Assembly: GCA_964366875.1 (NCBI GenBank)
Contig: CAYIVF010000001.1
Location: 8,123 to 72,122 of the forward strand
Source of the DNA: an uncultured Candidatus Saccharibacteria bacterium
GTDB lineage: Bacteria > Patescibacteriota > Minisyncoccia > Minisyncoccales > Staskawiczbacteraceae
Length of the DNA stretch: 64,000 nt
Direction: 5' to 3'
In this document: positions 27,213 to 36,456 of the stretch, one piece after another
Numbering within the stretch: position 1 is the stretch's first letter
Layout of the letters: every line of letters begins with the position of its first letter
Position numbers and translations under genes: made by a program
Notes under the pieces: model-generated
Database searches by the model: none
Told to the model about the DNA's origin: nothing
Seen by the model: only the letters and a program-made list of their open reading frames with translations

Positions 27213-28080
27213 TCAGACTGCGGGAGGAAGGCGGAGGCCGAACCATAGCTGCCGTCGGCATTGCTAATCCAGCGCGCGCCGAACCTGATCTTGCCATCGT
27301 CGAACTTGAAGAAAGGCGCGAGCCCGAACTGACCATCACCCCCGTCAGAAAACTCAGCACCAGCGCAGTCGATCCAGAGATCGTCGTAGTGCTGTAAGCG
27401 TTCCGGATGCGTCAGAAGCATGCAGGCGACCGCGAAGGGATCGAGACCGAACTGGTAAGAGCTCATGACCTTGCGTGCCCTTCGCACGGACTTGCCAGCG
27501 TGGAGCTTGCCGAACTGGCAGGCAACAACAAGAATGTCATAGTCCTTCTGCTCGTTGCCGAGCTTGTCAAAGGCTTTGACGTTCTTTTGATGCTGACGCA
27601 GGTACTGCGGACCAAGCTTGCCCTCGCGGTAGTTGTAGAACTTGCCGTCGCGGGTTTGCTTGATGAGGTCAAGGACCTTTTGCAGTGCCTCGCCGTAGGT
27701 CTGAGCGATCTTCTGCCACCTTGTGATAGCGAACCACCCCTCGGCATTGGCTGGAAGCGGCTGTTCTGCCAGCTTCTCATCGGCGAACCCGACGCCCGAA
27801 ATTAGCTGACGCAGGCGGTTGGTCTGCTCGGTGATGCCCTTGGGCTTGTAGCCCGAGAGGTAGCCGTAGCTGGACCCAACCTCCTCGTTGGCGAACTGGT
27901 TGGATACCGAGAGCCTCTGAATGGAGGCCACGATGTCGGCTTGGAACACGTCGCCGTTCGCGAAGAGCTTCTGAAGCCCATCCTTGTCGAGATTGACTTC
28001 GGTGAGCGCCTTGTCCCCGGCGTCCTCGACAAACCTTTTGTACTGCTTGACCTGACCGGACGTGATCGACAATGTCGTCA
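27206..28080 (-). CDS. Hypothetical protein B of the GC-rich paralogous pair
   Basis: Track ORF 27206-28147. Likely start MTTLSIT (complement of 28078-28080), preceded by AAGGAG at a 7-nt spacing. High GC; paralog of gene A. Confidence 0.55.
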
Positions 28081-28297
28081 TCGTCAAACTCCTTTTTCCT
28101 TGAGGAATACACTCGAGATTTCCAGAATTCCGCTGGAACGGACTCATCCTCCTTTAAGGCGAGTATTAAAAACACTAACATTTAGTCAATATTCTTAATA
28201 CTCGCCTCAATTTATTCTATTAAAGAACAATACCTATATTATATCGAGAACTAGAGTTTATGTCAAGGGGAGCGTATCAAATTGATAATTATATGAT

Positions 28298-29782
28298 TTG
28301 GCACGTTTATGCTATAAAATAATAATAATCATGATAACCCCGTCAAAGATATTATTTTATTTTTGCATTTCATTTATTGCCGGAATATTTTTAGAGTCAA
28401 TTATTAAAATTCCCTCAATTTTTATTTGGGGGATTTTAATTTTTGCAACTTTAATTATTTTTATTTGCCTGCTTTTGTCCAAGCGATCACTCGGACAAGA
28501 GAAAGGTTTTATTATTGGCTTCTGCCTGCTGTTTTTAATTTTTGGCATTTTGCGCATGCAGATTTCAGAATTCAATATTGCAAGCGATAAGCTGAGCAAA
28601 TCTAACGGCAAAGGACAAATTGTTTTGACTGGAATTATTTCTAATGAACCGGATATAAGAGACACCTATCAAAAAATAAAGGTAAAAACTAGAGATAGCA
28701 CGATTTTAGTAGCAACAAATCGTTATCCTGAATATAAGTATTTAGACAAAATAAAGCTAACGGGAAAGTTGGAGACGCCCGCAGAAACAGAAGAATTCAG
28801 TTATAAAAACTATTTAATAAAAGACGGAATTTATTCTGTGATGAATTTTCCGAAAATTGAAGCGGCGGGCAAAGCTCGTGGAGGCCCGTCCTCCACGGTT
28901 TATGCTGGAATTTTGTTTTTAAAGCAAGGACTAAGAGAAAGTATCCGCCATAATTTTTTACCTCCACAGAGCTTTATATTAGAGGGCACTATTTTGGGAG
29001 ACAATGGAGCTATGAGTAATGATTTAAAAAATAAGTTAAACATTACAGGACTTCGTCACATTATAGCGGTTTCCGGCACACACGTAGTTATTTTAGGGTC
29101 AATTATAATGTCCCTTTTGTTGGCTATGGGATTTTGGAGAGGGCAGACATTCTATATTGCCATAATTTTTATTTGTTTATATGTCGCGCTTACGGGCTTG
29201 CCTTCTTCGGGCGTAAGAGCAGGAATTATGGGCGGACTCTATCTTTTAGCCCAAAAATTGGGAAGGCAGAGTTCAGGTTTAAGGGTGATAGCAATGGCTT
29301 GCACAGTAATGCTTTTGATTAACCCCTTGCTTTTACTTTACGATGTCGGCTTCCAGCTTTCTTTTTTAGCAGTAATGGGCCTTATATATCTAGAACCCTT
29401 TTTGAAAAAGATTATGAAAATTAGCATTATTTCAACAACTTTTGCAGCCCAAATCTTTACTTTGCCCATAATGGTTTATAACTTCGGCAATATATCTTTT
29501 GTTTCGCCCATCACCAATCTTTTGGTTTTGCCTGTTGTTTATTGGCTTATGGTTTTTGGATTTTTATCTTCTTTGTTGGGAATTGTATCGCAATTTTTAG
29601 GCTGGATTTTTTTTATACCTTGCTGGTTTTTGCTCACTTATTTTATAAAAATAATAGATTTTTTTTCTCAGCTGGGGGCGTTAAAAACGATTGAAAATGT
29701 TCACTGGATTTGGCTGTTTATCTCTTATTTACTAATCGGTTTTTCTGTTAGATTTCTTAATAAAAAATATTCCCAATATTAA
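28298..29782 (+). CDS. comEC: ComEC/Rec2-family DNA internalisation channel (competence domain only, no metallo-beta-lactamase domain)
   Basis: 494 aa polytopic membrane protein; DUF4131-like N-terminus; competence-domain motifs (RHIIAVSGTHVVILG, GFQLSFLAV). Confidence 0.75.
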   Translation: MARLCYKIIIIMITPSKILFYFCISFIAGIFLESIIKIPSIFIWGILIFATLIIFICLLLSKRSLGQEKGFIIGFCLLFLIFGILRMQISEFNIASDKLSKSNGKGQIVLTGIISNEPDIRDTYQKIKVKTRDSTILVATNRYPEYKYLDKIKLTGKLETPAETEEFSYKNYLIKDGIYSVMNFPKIEAAGKARGGPSSTVYAGILFLKQGLRESIRHNFLPPQSFILEGTILGDNGAMSNDLKNKLNITGLRHIIAVSGTHVVILGSIIMSLLLAMGFWRGQTFYIAIIFICLYVALTGLPSSGVRAGIMGGLYLLAQKLGRQSSGLRVIAMACTVMLLINPLLLLYDVGFQLSFLAVMGLIYLEPFLKKIMKISIISTTFAAQIFTLPIMVYNFGNISFVSPITNLLVLPVVYWLMVFGFLSSLLGIVSQFLGWIFFIPCWFLLTYFIKIIDFFSQLGALKTIENVHWIWLFISYLLIGFSVRFLNKKYSQY

Positions 29783-29813
29783 AATTTTTTAAGAATTAAG
29801 GTATAATAAGAAT

Positions 29814-31127
29814 ATGGTAAATGATAGCAAACAAAAGGTTTACCCTGAGCCGAGCCGAAGGGCATGGGTTGTGGCAGCTGACATGGGTTACGGCCACCAG
29901 AGAACTGCATATCCGTTCAGGGATATTGCTTTTGGTTCTAAAATTATTAACGCCAACAACTACGAAGGTATTCCAGAAAAAGACAAAAAGGTTTGGCACA
30001 CAAGCAGGTCTTTATATGAGTTTATTTCAAGATTTAAAAGAATTCCGTTGTTGGGCGATGTTATTTTTTTCTTCTTAGACAGGTTTCAAAAAATTATTGT
30101 CTATTACCCAAAAAGATATATGTCTAAACCTAACTTTAACCTTAAGAGTGTTTTTTATTTTATTAAAAAAGGATGGGGCAAAGACTTAATTGGCAGACTT
30201 AAAAAAAATTCCATTCCGCTGCTGACAACCTTTTTTACGCCCGCTTTTATGGCAGAAGAGTTTGATTATCCCAATGAGATATATTGCACAATATGCGATG
30301 CTGACGTTAACAGGTCGTGGGTTTCTTTAAAACCAGAAAATAGCAGGATAAAATATTTTGCGCCAAATACATGGGCAAGAGACAGGCTAAAGCTCTATAA
30401 CGTGAAACCGGAAAACATTTTCTTTACAGGATACCCTTTGCCCAAAGAAAACATCGGAGAAAACATGGTAATTTTAAAAAGTGACTTAAAATACAGGCTG
30501 GCAAACCTTGATCCTAAACAAAATTATAGAAAATTATACAAACCCTTAATCCAGGATTATTTAGGAGAGCTTCCTCAAAAATCAGACCACCCTTTAACTA
30601 TAATGTTTTCTATAGGAGGAGCTGGCGCGCAGAAAGAAGTTTGTCTAAAAGCAATAAACAGTTTAAAAGAGAAAATAAAAAAAAATAAACTCAGGTTTAT
30701 TGTCGCCGTAGGAGTAAGGCAAGAGCTTAAAAAATATTTTGCAGAAAACATAAAAGATTTAAAGCTTGACCATGCGGTGCATATATTATCTGCTCAAACT
30801 ATTAGTGATTATTTTAAAAAGTTTAACGAAGCTTTGCGGGAAACCGATGTTTTGTGGACAAAGCCGTCTGAACTTTCTTTTTATGCAGGTCTTGGCATCC
30901 CTATAATTATAGCTCCGCCCATCGGCTCTCAAGAAGATTTTAATAAAAGGTGGCTTTTGCACATAGGAGCTGGAATTGCCCAGGAAAATCCAAAATACAC
31001 AGACCAGTGGTTTTTTGATTTATTAAACGCCGGAGATTTTGCAGAAATAGCAATGCAGGGTTTTGTTGAAATAGAAAAGATGGGCACATATAATATTGAA
31101 AAAATAATAAACAGCAAGAACTTATGA
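29814..31127 (+). CDS. GT-B fold glycosyltransferase (MGDG-synthase/MurG-like, GT28 family)
   Basis: 437 aa. N-terminal AADMGYGHQRTAYPF resembles the G-x-G-H nucleotide-sugar transferase N-domain motif; C-terminal Rossmann-like half (FSIGGAGAQ). Confidence 0.45.
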   Translation: MVNDSKQKVYPEPSRRAWVVAADMGYGHQRTAYPFRDIAFGSKIINANNYEGIPEKDKKVWHTSRSLYEFISRFKRIPLLGDVIFFFLDRFQKIIVYYPKRYMSKPNFNLKSVFYFIKKGWGKDLIGRLKKNSIPLLTTFFTPAFMAEEFDYPNEIYCTICDADVNRSWVSLKPENSRIKYFAPNTWARDRLKLYNVKPENIFFTGYPLPKENIGENMVILKSDLKYRLANLDPKQNYRKLYKPLIQDYLGELPQKSDHPLTIMFSIGGAGAQKEVCLKAINSLKEKIKKNKLRFIVAVGVRQELKKYFAENIKDLKLDHAVHILSAQTISDYFKKFNEALRETDVLWTKPSELSFYAGLGIPIIIAPPIGSQEDFNKRWLLHIGAGIAQENPKYTDQWFFDLLNAGDFAEIAMQGFVEIEKMGTYNIEKIINSKNL

Positions 31128-32152
31128 ATAAGATAGTTATAGCGACTGATATGTGGCGCCCGGAGGTAAACGGAGTGGTAAGGGCGATAGAGGGCGTATT
31201 GCCTTTTCTTGAAAAGAATAATTTTAAAATTGTGATAATCCACCCGGAACTTTTTTTTACTATGCCCTTTTTCTTTTATCCCGATATAAGAATTCCGCTT
31301 TTTCCCAAAAAAATCGTTAGAAAAATAATTGAGAAAGAAAAGCCGGATTATATCCATATTGTCACTGAAGGAATGATCGGATTAGCCGCAAGAGCAATTT
31401 GTTTGCAAAAAGGAATTAATTTTACAACTGCATATCACGGCAATATTCCAGACTATATGGAGCACTACATTAAAATAAGGGTTAGCTTTATTGTAAAATT
31501 AGCTTATGCTTATTTCCGCTGGTTTCATAATTCAGCTTCAAAAACTATAGTAAGCACAAAAAGCCTAAAACAAAAATTGGAAGGGAGGGGTTTTACTAAT
31601 GTGGCTGTTTGCCCTTTTGGGGTTGACGCTGGTTTATTTGTGAGAAATTTACAATTATCAATACAGAAATATAAAAACTTTGTCCCTCCCGTCTTTGTTT
31701 ATTTTGGCAGGGTCGCTGTAGAAAAAAACATTGAAGAATTTTTAGAATGCAATTTGCCTGGCACGAAACTTGTAATTGGAGATGGCCCTGCAAGAAAAAA
31801 ACTTGAAAAAAAATACAAGGGAAAAGCCATATTCATAGGCTGGAAGACAGGAAAAGAACTTGTGGATATGCTTTCTTTATGTGATGTTTTTGTTTTTCCA
31901 TCTAAAACAGACACTTTTGGATTCGTGATAATAGAGGCGCTTGCTTGCGAGCTTCCTGTGGCGGCTCACAATGTTATGGGGCCCAAAGATATTATTACAA
32001 ATGGCGTTGATGGATATCTTGATGAAGACCTCAAAAAAGCAGCTCTTTTATGTTTAAATCTTTCAAGAGAAAATTGCCGGAAAAAGGCTTTAGAGTTTTC
32101 TTGGAAATCATCCGCAGAGTCTTTTATTAATAATTTAGTTAAAACTGAGTAA
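31124..32152 (+). CDS. Glycosyltransferase family 4
   Basis: 342 aa. PSKTDTFGFVIIEALACELPVAA has the EX7E motif typical of GT4. Confidence 0.75.
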   Translation: MNKIVIATDMWRPEVNGVVRAIEGVLPFLEKNNFKIVIIHPELFFTMPFFFYPDIRIPLFPKKIVRKIIEKEKPDYIHIVTEGMIGLAARAICLQKGINFTTAYHGNIPDYMEHYIKIRVSFIVKLAYAYFRWFHNSASKTIVSTKSLKQKLEGRGFTNVAVCPFGVDAGLFVRNLQLSIQKYKNFVPPVFVYFGRVAVEKNIEEFLECNLPGTKLVIGDGPARKKLEKKYKGKAIFIGWKTGKELVDMLSLCDVFVFPSKTDTFGFVIIEALACELPVAAHNVMGPKDIITNGVDGYLDEDLKKAALLCLNLSRENCRKKALEFSWKSSAESFINNLVKTE

Positions 32153-33166
32153 ATGAAAAAGCTCATTAAAATATCTCTTTTAGTCGCGATAGTTATAATA
32201 ACATTAATTTTCGTTGCTTTCTTTTATTTTTTTGTCGGCAAAGCCCCAAAAGCAAAAAATATACTTTGGGGCGTTAATTTTTCTCAAATGCAAGCAGAAG
32301 CCCTAAGGCTTGATTGGCAAAAAACTTATTTGGCTCTTTTTGACGAATTGGGAGTTAAAAATATAAAACTGCTTACACAGTGGGATTGGATTGAGGGCAA
32401 AAAAGACGATTATTATTTCAACGATATAGACTGGCAGGTTTCTGAGGCAGAAAAATACGGGGCAAAGCTAATATATGTAGTGGGCATAAAAACCGGACGG
32501 TGGCCCGAATGCCACATACCGTCTTGGGCGCAGGGCCTTTCTAAAAAAGAGCAGCAGACAGAGATTATAAAATACATAAGGGAAGTTATTTTAAGATATA
32601 AAAACAGTAAGGCTATAACGGCCTGGCAGGTTGAAAACGAACCCCTGCTTGTTTTCGGCCAGTGTCCGTGGTATGACAAGTCTTTTCTAAAAAAGGAAGT
32701 TGAGCTGGTAAAGTCTTTAGATGTTACCAGGCCAATAATTATTTCAGATAGCGGTGAGCTGTCATCTTGGTTTAGCGTAGCTAAGATTGGTGATATTGTA
32801 GGCACCACAATATATAGAAAAGCATGGGTTAGTATAACAGACAACCTTGGTTTTTACGGCACATATCCTATTCCCCCCGTATTTTACTGGCGTAAGGCCC
32901 AACTCATAAGCAAAATATTTAATAAAAAAGTAATATCCGTTGAGTTACAAACAGAGCCATGGGCCCAAAGGCCATTTTATGATGTTCTTGTAGAAGAACA
33001 AGAAAAAACAATGAATTTAAGCCAGTTCAAAAAGAATATTAAATATGCTAAAAACACAGGGCTTGATACTTTTTATCTTTGGGGAGCAGAATGGTGGTAT
33101 TGGATGAAGGAAACACAAAATCGTCCAGAGATATGGAATGAAGCTAAAAAGTTGTTTACTAACTAA
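32153..33166 (+). CDS. Membrane-anchored glycoside hydrolase-like protein (clan GH-A TIM-barrel signatures)
   Basis: 337 aa. N-terminal TM; WQVENEP (NEP acid/base motif) and later VELQTEPW (candidate nucleophile Glu). Confidence 0.45.
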   Translation: MKKLIKISLLVAIVIITLIFVAFFYFFVGKAPKAKNILWGVNFSQMQAEALRLDWQKTYLALFDELGVKNIKLLTQWDWIEGKKDDYYFNDIDWQVSEAEKYGAKLIYVVGIKTGRWPECHIPSWAQGLSKKEQQTEIIKYIREVILRYKNSKAITAWQVENEPLLVFGQCPWYDKSFLKKEVELVKSLDVTRPIIISDSGELSSWFSVAKIGDIVGTTIYRKAWVSITDNLGFYGTYPIPPVFYWRKAQLISKIFNKKVISVELQTEPWAQRPFYDVLVEEQEKTMNLSQFKKNIKYAKNTGLDTFYLWGAEWWYWMKETQNRPEIWNEAKKLFTN

Positions 33167-33175
33167 AAATTATTT

Positions 33176-33433
33176 ATGAATATTAAGATTGTAAAAAATA
33201 GATATCTGAACGCTTTATTGATTTTATTGCTTTTTTCAGCTATATTGCATGCAGTCCTGCTTTTGTTTTTAGTCTTAAAAACAAAAGATTTGTACGTCAT
33301 CAACTATTTTAATATTTTAGGTGTTGGTTATTTTTATCCGAACATATTTAACAGCTTCTTAGGCAACGCCTTTTCAATTGTTTCAATAGTAGTAATATAT
33401 TTGGTCATATTAAAGAAAAACAAGCTAGACTGA
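33176..33433 (+). CDS. Small membrane protein
   Basis: 85 aa with two hydrophobic helices. Confidence 0.35.
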   Translation: MNIKIVKNRYLNALLILLLFSAILHAVLLLFLVLKTKDLYVINYFNILGVGYFYPNIFNSFLGNAFSIVSIVVIYLVILKKNKLD

Positions 33434-33437
33434 TTGT

Positions 33438-34133
33438 ATGCTGTCTATTATTATTCCGACCTTAAACGAAGAAAAATATTTACCCCTGCTTTTAGACTCA
33501 ATCAAAAAGCAGAACTTTTTTAATTGTGAAATAATTGTTGCTGACGGCGGTTCAAAGGACAAAACCGTTGAAGTTGCAGAAAAATATGGATGCAAGGTTA
33601 TAGATGGCGGCTTGCTGTCTAAAGGCAGAAATAATGGTGCAAAGGTAGCCAAAGGCGATACCCTTTTGTTTGTAGACGCTGATATAGTTTTGCCTCCTGA
33701 TTTTTTAGACAAAGCTATCAAAGATTTTGATAAAAGAAATTTAGGCATTGCCAGCTTTCTTATCATGCCCCTAAATGGCAAAAGAATTGATAAGTTTGTC
33801 CACCTTTTTTTCAATAAATATTCAGCGTTAATTCAAAAATTTTCACCCCATGTGAACGGAGTAATTTTAGTAAGAAAAGATGTCCACCAAGCTATCGGCG
33901 GATTTGATGAAAAGATTGTGTTTATAGAAGACTATCCTTATGCTAAAGCTGCCAGAAAGCTCACAAAACATGGTTTAATAAAAGAAACTTTTTTCACTTC
34001 AATGAGACGGTATGATAAAGACGGGAGACTAAATGTATATGTTAAATATTTTTTAGCTGAACTTCACATACTTTTTTTAGGCCCTATAAGGTCAAATATG
34101 TTTAATTACAAATTTAATCATTATAAAGATTAA
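33438..34133 (+). CDS. Glycosyltransferase family 2
   Basis: 231 aa. LSIIIPTLNEEKYL, VADGGSKDKT, FVDADIV (DxD). Confidence 0.75.
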   Translation: MLSIIIPTLNEEKYLPLLLDSIKKQNFFNCEIIVADGGSKDKTVEVAEKYGCKVIDGGLLSKGRNNGAKVAKGDTLLFVDADIVLPPDFLDKAIKDFDKRNLGIASFLIMPLNGKRIDKFVHLFFNKYSALIQKFSPHVNGVILVRKDVHQAIGGFDEKIVFIEDYPYAKAARKLTKHGLIKETFFTSMRRYDKDGRLNVYVKYFLAELHILFLGPIRSNMFNYKFNHYKD

Positions 34134-34137
34134 AACT

Positions 34138-35412
34138 ATGAACAGCCCATACGAATTACCAAAATTTGATTTTTCAAAAATAAAAGCTCAAGCTTTAAAG
34201 CTCTACCCTTTAGTTGTTATAGGTTGCGTTATCGGTGTTTCTGCCGTGGCAATCTCTTTTCAATATTTTCCAGAACAAGCAGAGAAGTTTTCGCAGTACT
34301 TTAATATACCTCAATTTCAAATACCTGAAGTCAGAAATACACAGCTACACGAAAATTTATATACCTCGGATGTATCTTATGAGCAGGCAATAATAGACGC
34401 AGTTAAGAATGCGACGAGTTCGGTTGCGAGTATTGTCATCTCAAAAAATCTGCCCGTGTACGAACAGCAGTGGGTAAATCCCTTTGGAGATAACAGCCCT
34501 TTTGATTTTCAAATTCCCCAATATGTGCAAAAAGGCAGCAAGCTGCAGGAAGTTGGTGCTGGCTCTGGTTTTATAGTTTCAGAAGACGGCTTGGTTTTAA
34601 CAAACAAGCACGTTGTTTCAGATAAAGCCGCAGAATACACTGTTTTTACAAATGACGGTCAAAAATATTCAGCGAAAGTTTTAGCCATAGACCCCGTGCA
34701 GGATTTGGCGGTGGTAAAAATCCAGTCAGACAAGAACTTCCAGCCAGTAAAATTAGGAGATTCTTCTGGCATTCAGCTTGGCCAGACAGCAATAGCTATT
34801 GGAAACGCTTTGGGAGAATTCCGCAACACTGTATCTGTTGGTATAATTTCTGGGCTTGGAAGAACTGTATCAGCTTCTAACCAGACAGGAAGTTTTTCAG
34901 AAACTTTAGAGGGTATAATACAGACAGATGCCGCCATTAACGCAGGAAATTCAGGTGGGCCATTGTTAAATCTTAAAGGCGAGGTTATCGGGATTAATAC
35001 TGCAATGGCGCAAGGCGCTGAAAATATTGGTTTTGCCATTCCTATTAACATGGCAAAAAAAGATATTGAACAGGTTGTAAAGACTAATAAAATTGTTTAC
35101 CCATTCTTGGGGGTAAGACATGTTTTAGTCAATGCCGAGATAAAAGACAAATATAAATTAACGGTTGATTACGGCGCATTGGTTTTAAAGGGAGACAAAG
35201 GAGAAGCTGCGGTAACTTCGGGATCTGGCGCAGATAAAGCCGGGATTAAAGCTGGTGACGTGATTTTAGAAATTAACTCTGAAAGAATTACTCAAGATAA
35301 TTCAATGGCAAAAATAATTAGAAACTATAATCCAGGAGACAGCGTGGTTTTGAAAATTTTACGAGATGGAAAAGAAATAAATATAGATGTTACTTTAGGC
35401 GAGAGAAGCTAA
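34138..35412 (+). CDS. htrA: HtrA/DegP-family serine protease with PDZ domain
   Basis: 424 aa. TNKHVV (His), D, GNSGGPL (Ser) catalytic triad; C-terminal PDZ (GALVLKG..., GDVILEING). Confidence 0.85.
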   Translation: MNSPYELPKFDFSKIKAQALKLYPLVVIGCVIGVSAVAISFQYFPEQAEKFSQYFNIPQFQIPEVRNTQLHENLYTSDVSYEQAIIDAVKNATSSVASIVISKNLPVYEQQWVNPFGDNSPFDFQIPQYVQKGSKLQEVGAGSGFIVSEDGLVLTNKHVVSDKAAEYTVFTNDGQKYSAKVLAIDPVQDLAVVKIQSDKNFQPVKLGDSSGIQLGQTAIAIGNALGEFRNTVSVGIISGLGRTVSASNQTGSFSETLEGIIQTDAAINAGNSGGPLLNLKGEVIGINTAMAQGAENIGFAIPINMAKKDIEQVVKTNKIVYPFLGVRHVLVNAEIKDKYKLTVDYGALVLKGDKGEAAVTSGSGADKAGIKAGDVILEINSERITQDNSMAKIIRNYNPGDSVVLKILRDGKEINIDVTLGERS

Positions 35413-35458
35413 TAGGTCGTTTTTTATATAAAAAAGCAGGGACTGGGGAGAACCTGTG

Positions 35459-35490
35459 CATATCTCCTTGGCTTCGCCAAGGAGATATCT
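35459..35490. terminator. Perfect 14-bp-arm palindrome gatatctccttggc-ttcg-gccaaggagatatc after htrA (terminator hairpin or operator)
   Basis: Perfect inverted repeat; weak downstream T-run; overlaps the -35 region of a TTGACA-16-TAAACT promoter-like sequence (35494-35521). Confidence 0.55.
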
Positions 35491-35660
35491 TATTGACACG
35501 GTTATTTGTTTTTGATAAACTTAAAATATCTATGAATCAAATCAGCCTTGTAAAAAAGAATTGGTTTTATTTCTTTTTTAGCTTCTTTAGGAAAGAGGTT
35601 GGTTTTGGCAAAATTAAAAAGCAAAAATAAAAAATTAAAATTTTTAATAATCAAAGCGAG

Positions 35661-35689
35661 CCCCTTTCCCAAGAAAGGGGTTTTTGTTT
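35661..35689 (+). terminator. Intrinsic terminator (cccctttc-ccaa-gaaagggg + tttttgttt)
   Basis: GC stem followed by T-run on the + strand, about 165 nt downstream of the promoter-like element at 35494. Confidence 0.6.
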
Positions 35690-35724
35690 CAGTTCTTTAC
35701 CAACCCAGCTCAAAGGAGCGAGCA

Positions 35725-35979
35725 ATGATCATCACAATGGTGGAAAGGGAAAATAGTTCTGCTGAAAGAACCGCAGAAATTATTAGGAGGAATGAGGGCC
35801 ATTTTATGCCCGAAGGAAAAAAAAGAAGAGTGGCTCTCGGTGTTTTGAGAAGTGGCAAGTTGGAAGTTGTTGAAGTTTTGCCTGGGGAAAATGGTATTAT
35901 GGAGCCATACATACCATTAGACGATCTCTTGTTGTCGCTTCCTGAAAAAATCAGGGCAGAAATTCTGTCGGCAAGATAA
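35725..35979 (+). CDS. Small hypothetical protein (85 aa)
   Basis: Track ORF 35599-35979 reads through the terminator hairpin at 35661-35689; the internal Met at 35725 is the more plausible start. Confidence 0.35.
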   Translation: MIITMVERENSSAERTAEIIRRNEGHFMPEGKKRRVALGVLRSGKLEVVEVLPGENGIMEPYIPLDDLLLSLPEKIRAEILSAR

Positions 35980-36114
35980 GCTTGCTTGTCTTGTCTTTGC
36001 GGGTTGGTGCGCCAGTCCGCTTTTTTTGTAAAAAAATAGCGGACCTCTCAAATTGAGACCCGCTCTATGTGCTATTTGTCTACAGTATGCATGCGACGGT
36101 GACGCGGCTTTTGC

Positions 36115-36399
36115 TCACCACTCGTTTTTGCAGTCTTTGCATATATAGATGAGGTAGCCGTCTTTTCCGCGCTTTGCCGGTATAAGCTCCTCGCCTCCGC
36201 ATTTTGGGCAATAGATATTGCCTGCGCTAGCGATAGCGAGGAGGCCGGCAGTGATTACCGCTAACGCAACTACAGCGATTAGGGGACCAAGCCACCACAT
36301 AGCGACCTCCTCTGTTTTCAGTGGAACTGCTGAAAAGAACTGTAATACAGCGCGCTGTATTTTCTGCTTTATTTTATGCCTAATTATAATTTTTGTCAA
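36115..36399 (-). CDS. Small membrane protein with C-terminal zinc ribbon
   Basis: 94 aa. TM helix (LGPLIAVVALAVITAGLLAIASA), then CPKCGGEE...CKDCKNEW. Confidence 0.45.
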   Translation of the reverse strand: MTKIIIRHKIKQKIQRAVLQFFSAVPLKTEEVAMWWLGPLIAVVALAVITAGLLAIASAGNIYCPKCGGEELIPAKRGKDGYLIYICKDCKNEW

Positions 36400-36456
36400 G
36401 TTTTTTAGTCCATTCTTCCTCTTGATTTTTGTTTAATTTTAAACTAAAATAAAACC

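Noticed and set aside
25775-28198. Multiple overlapping ORFs on both strands within the GC-rich islands (e.g. 25831-26316, 26063-26323, 27407-27805, 27777-28181)
   Set aside because: High-GC DNA yields long spurious ORFs in all frames. Only the 251-aa and 291-aa minus-strand frames have strong RBS, mutual paralogy and protein-like composition.
25530-28300. Explanation of the GC-rich cassette region as a simple assembly chimera or contaminant contig join
   Set aside because: The cassettes are embedded between two copies of native AT-rich comEC 5' sequence and flanked by nrdG and comEC of the same organism. Both genes carry host-like RBS and terminators. Only read-level checking can fully exclude misassembly, so it is kept as a caveat rather than dismissed.
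35599-35724. N-terminal 42 codons of track ORF 35599-35979
   Set aside because: This stretch translates through a canonical intrinsic terminator hairpin (35661-35689) and lacks an RBS. The downstream Met at 35725 is preferred, and the upstream part is treated as non-coding (candidate sRNA/leader).
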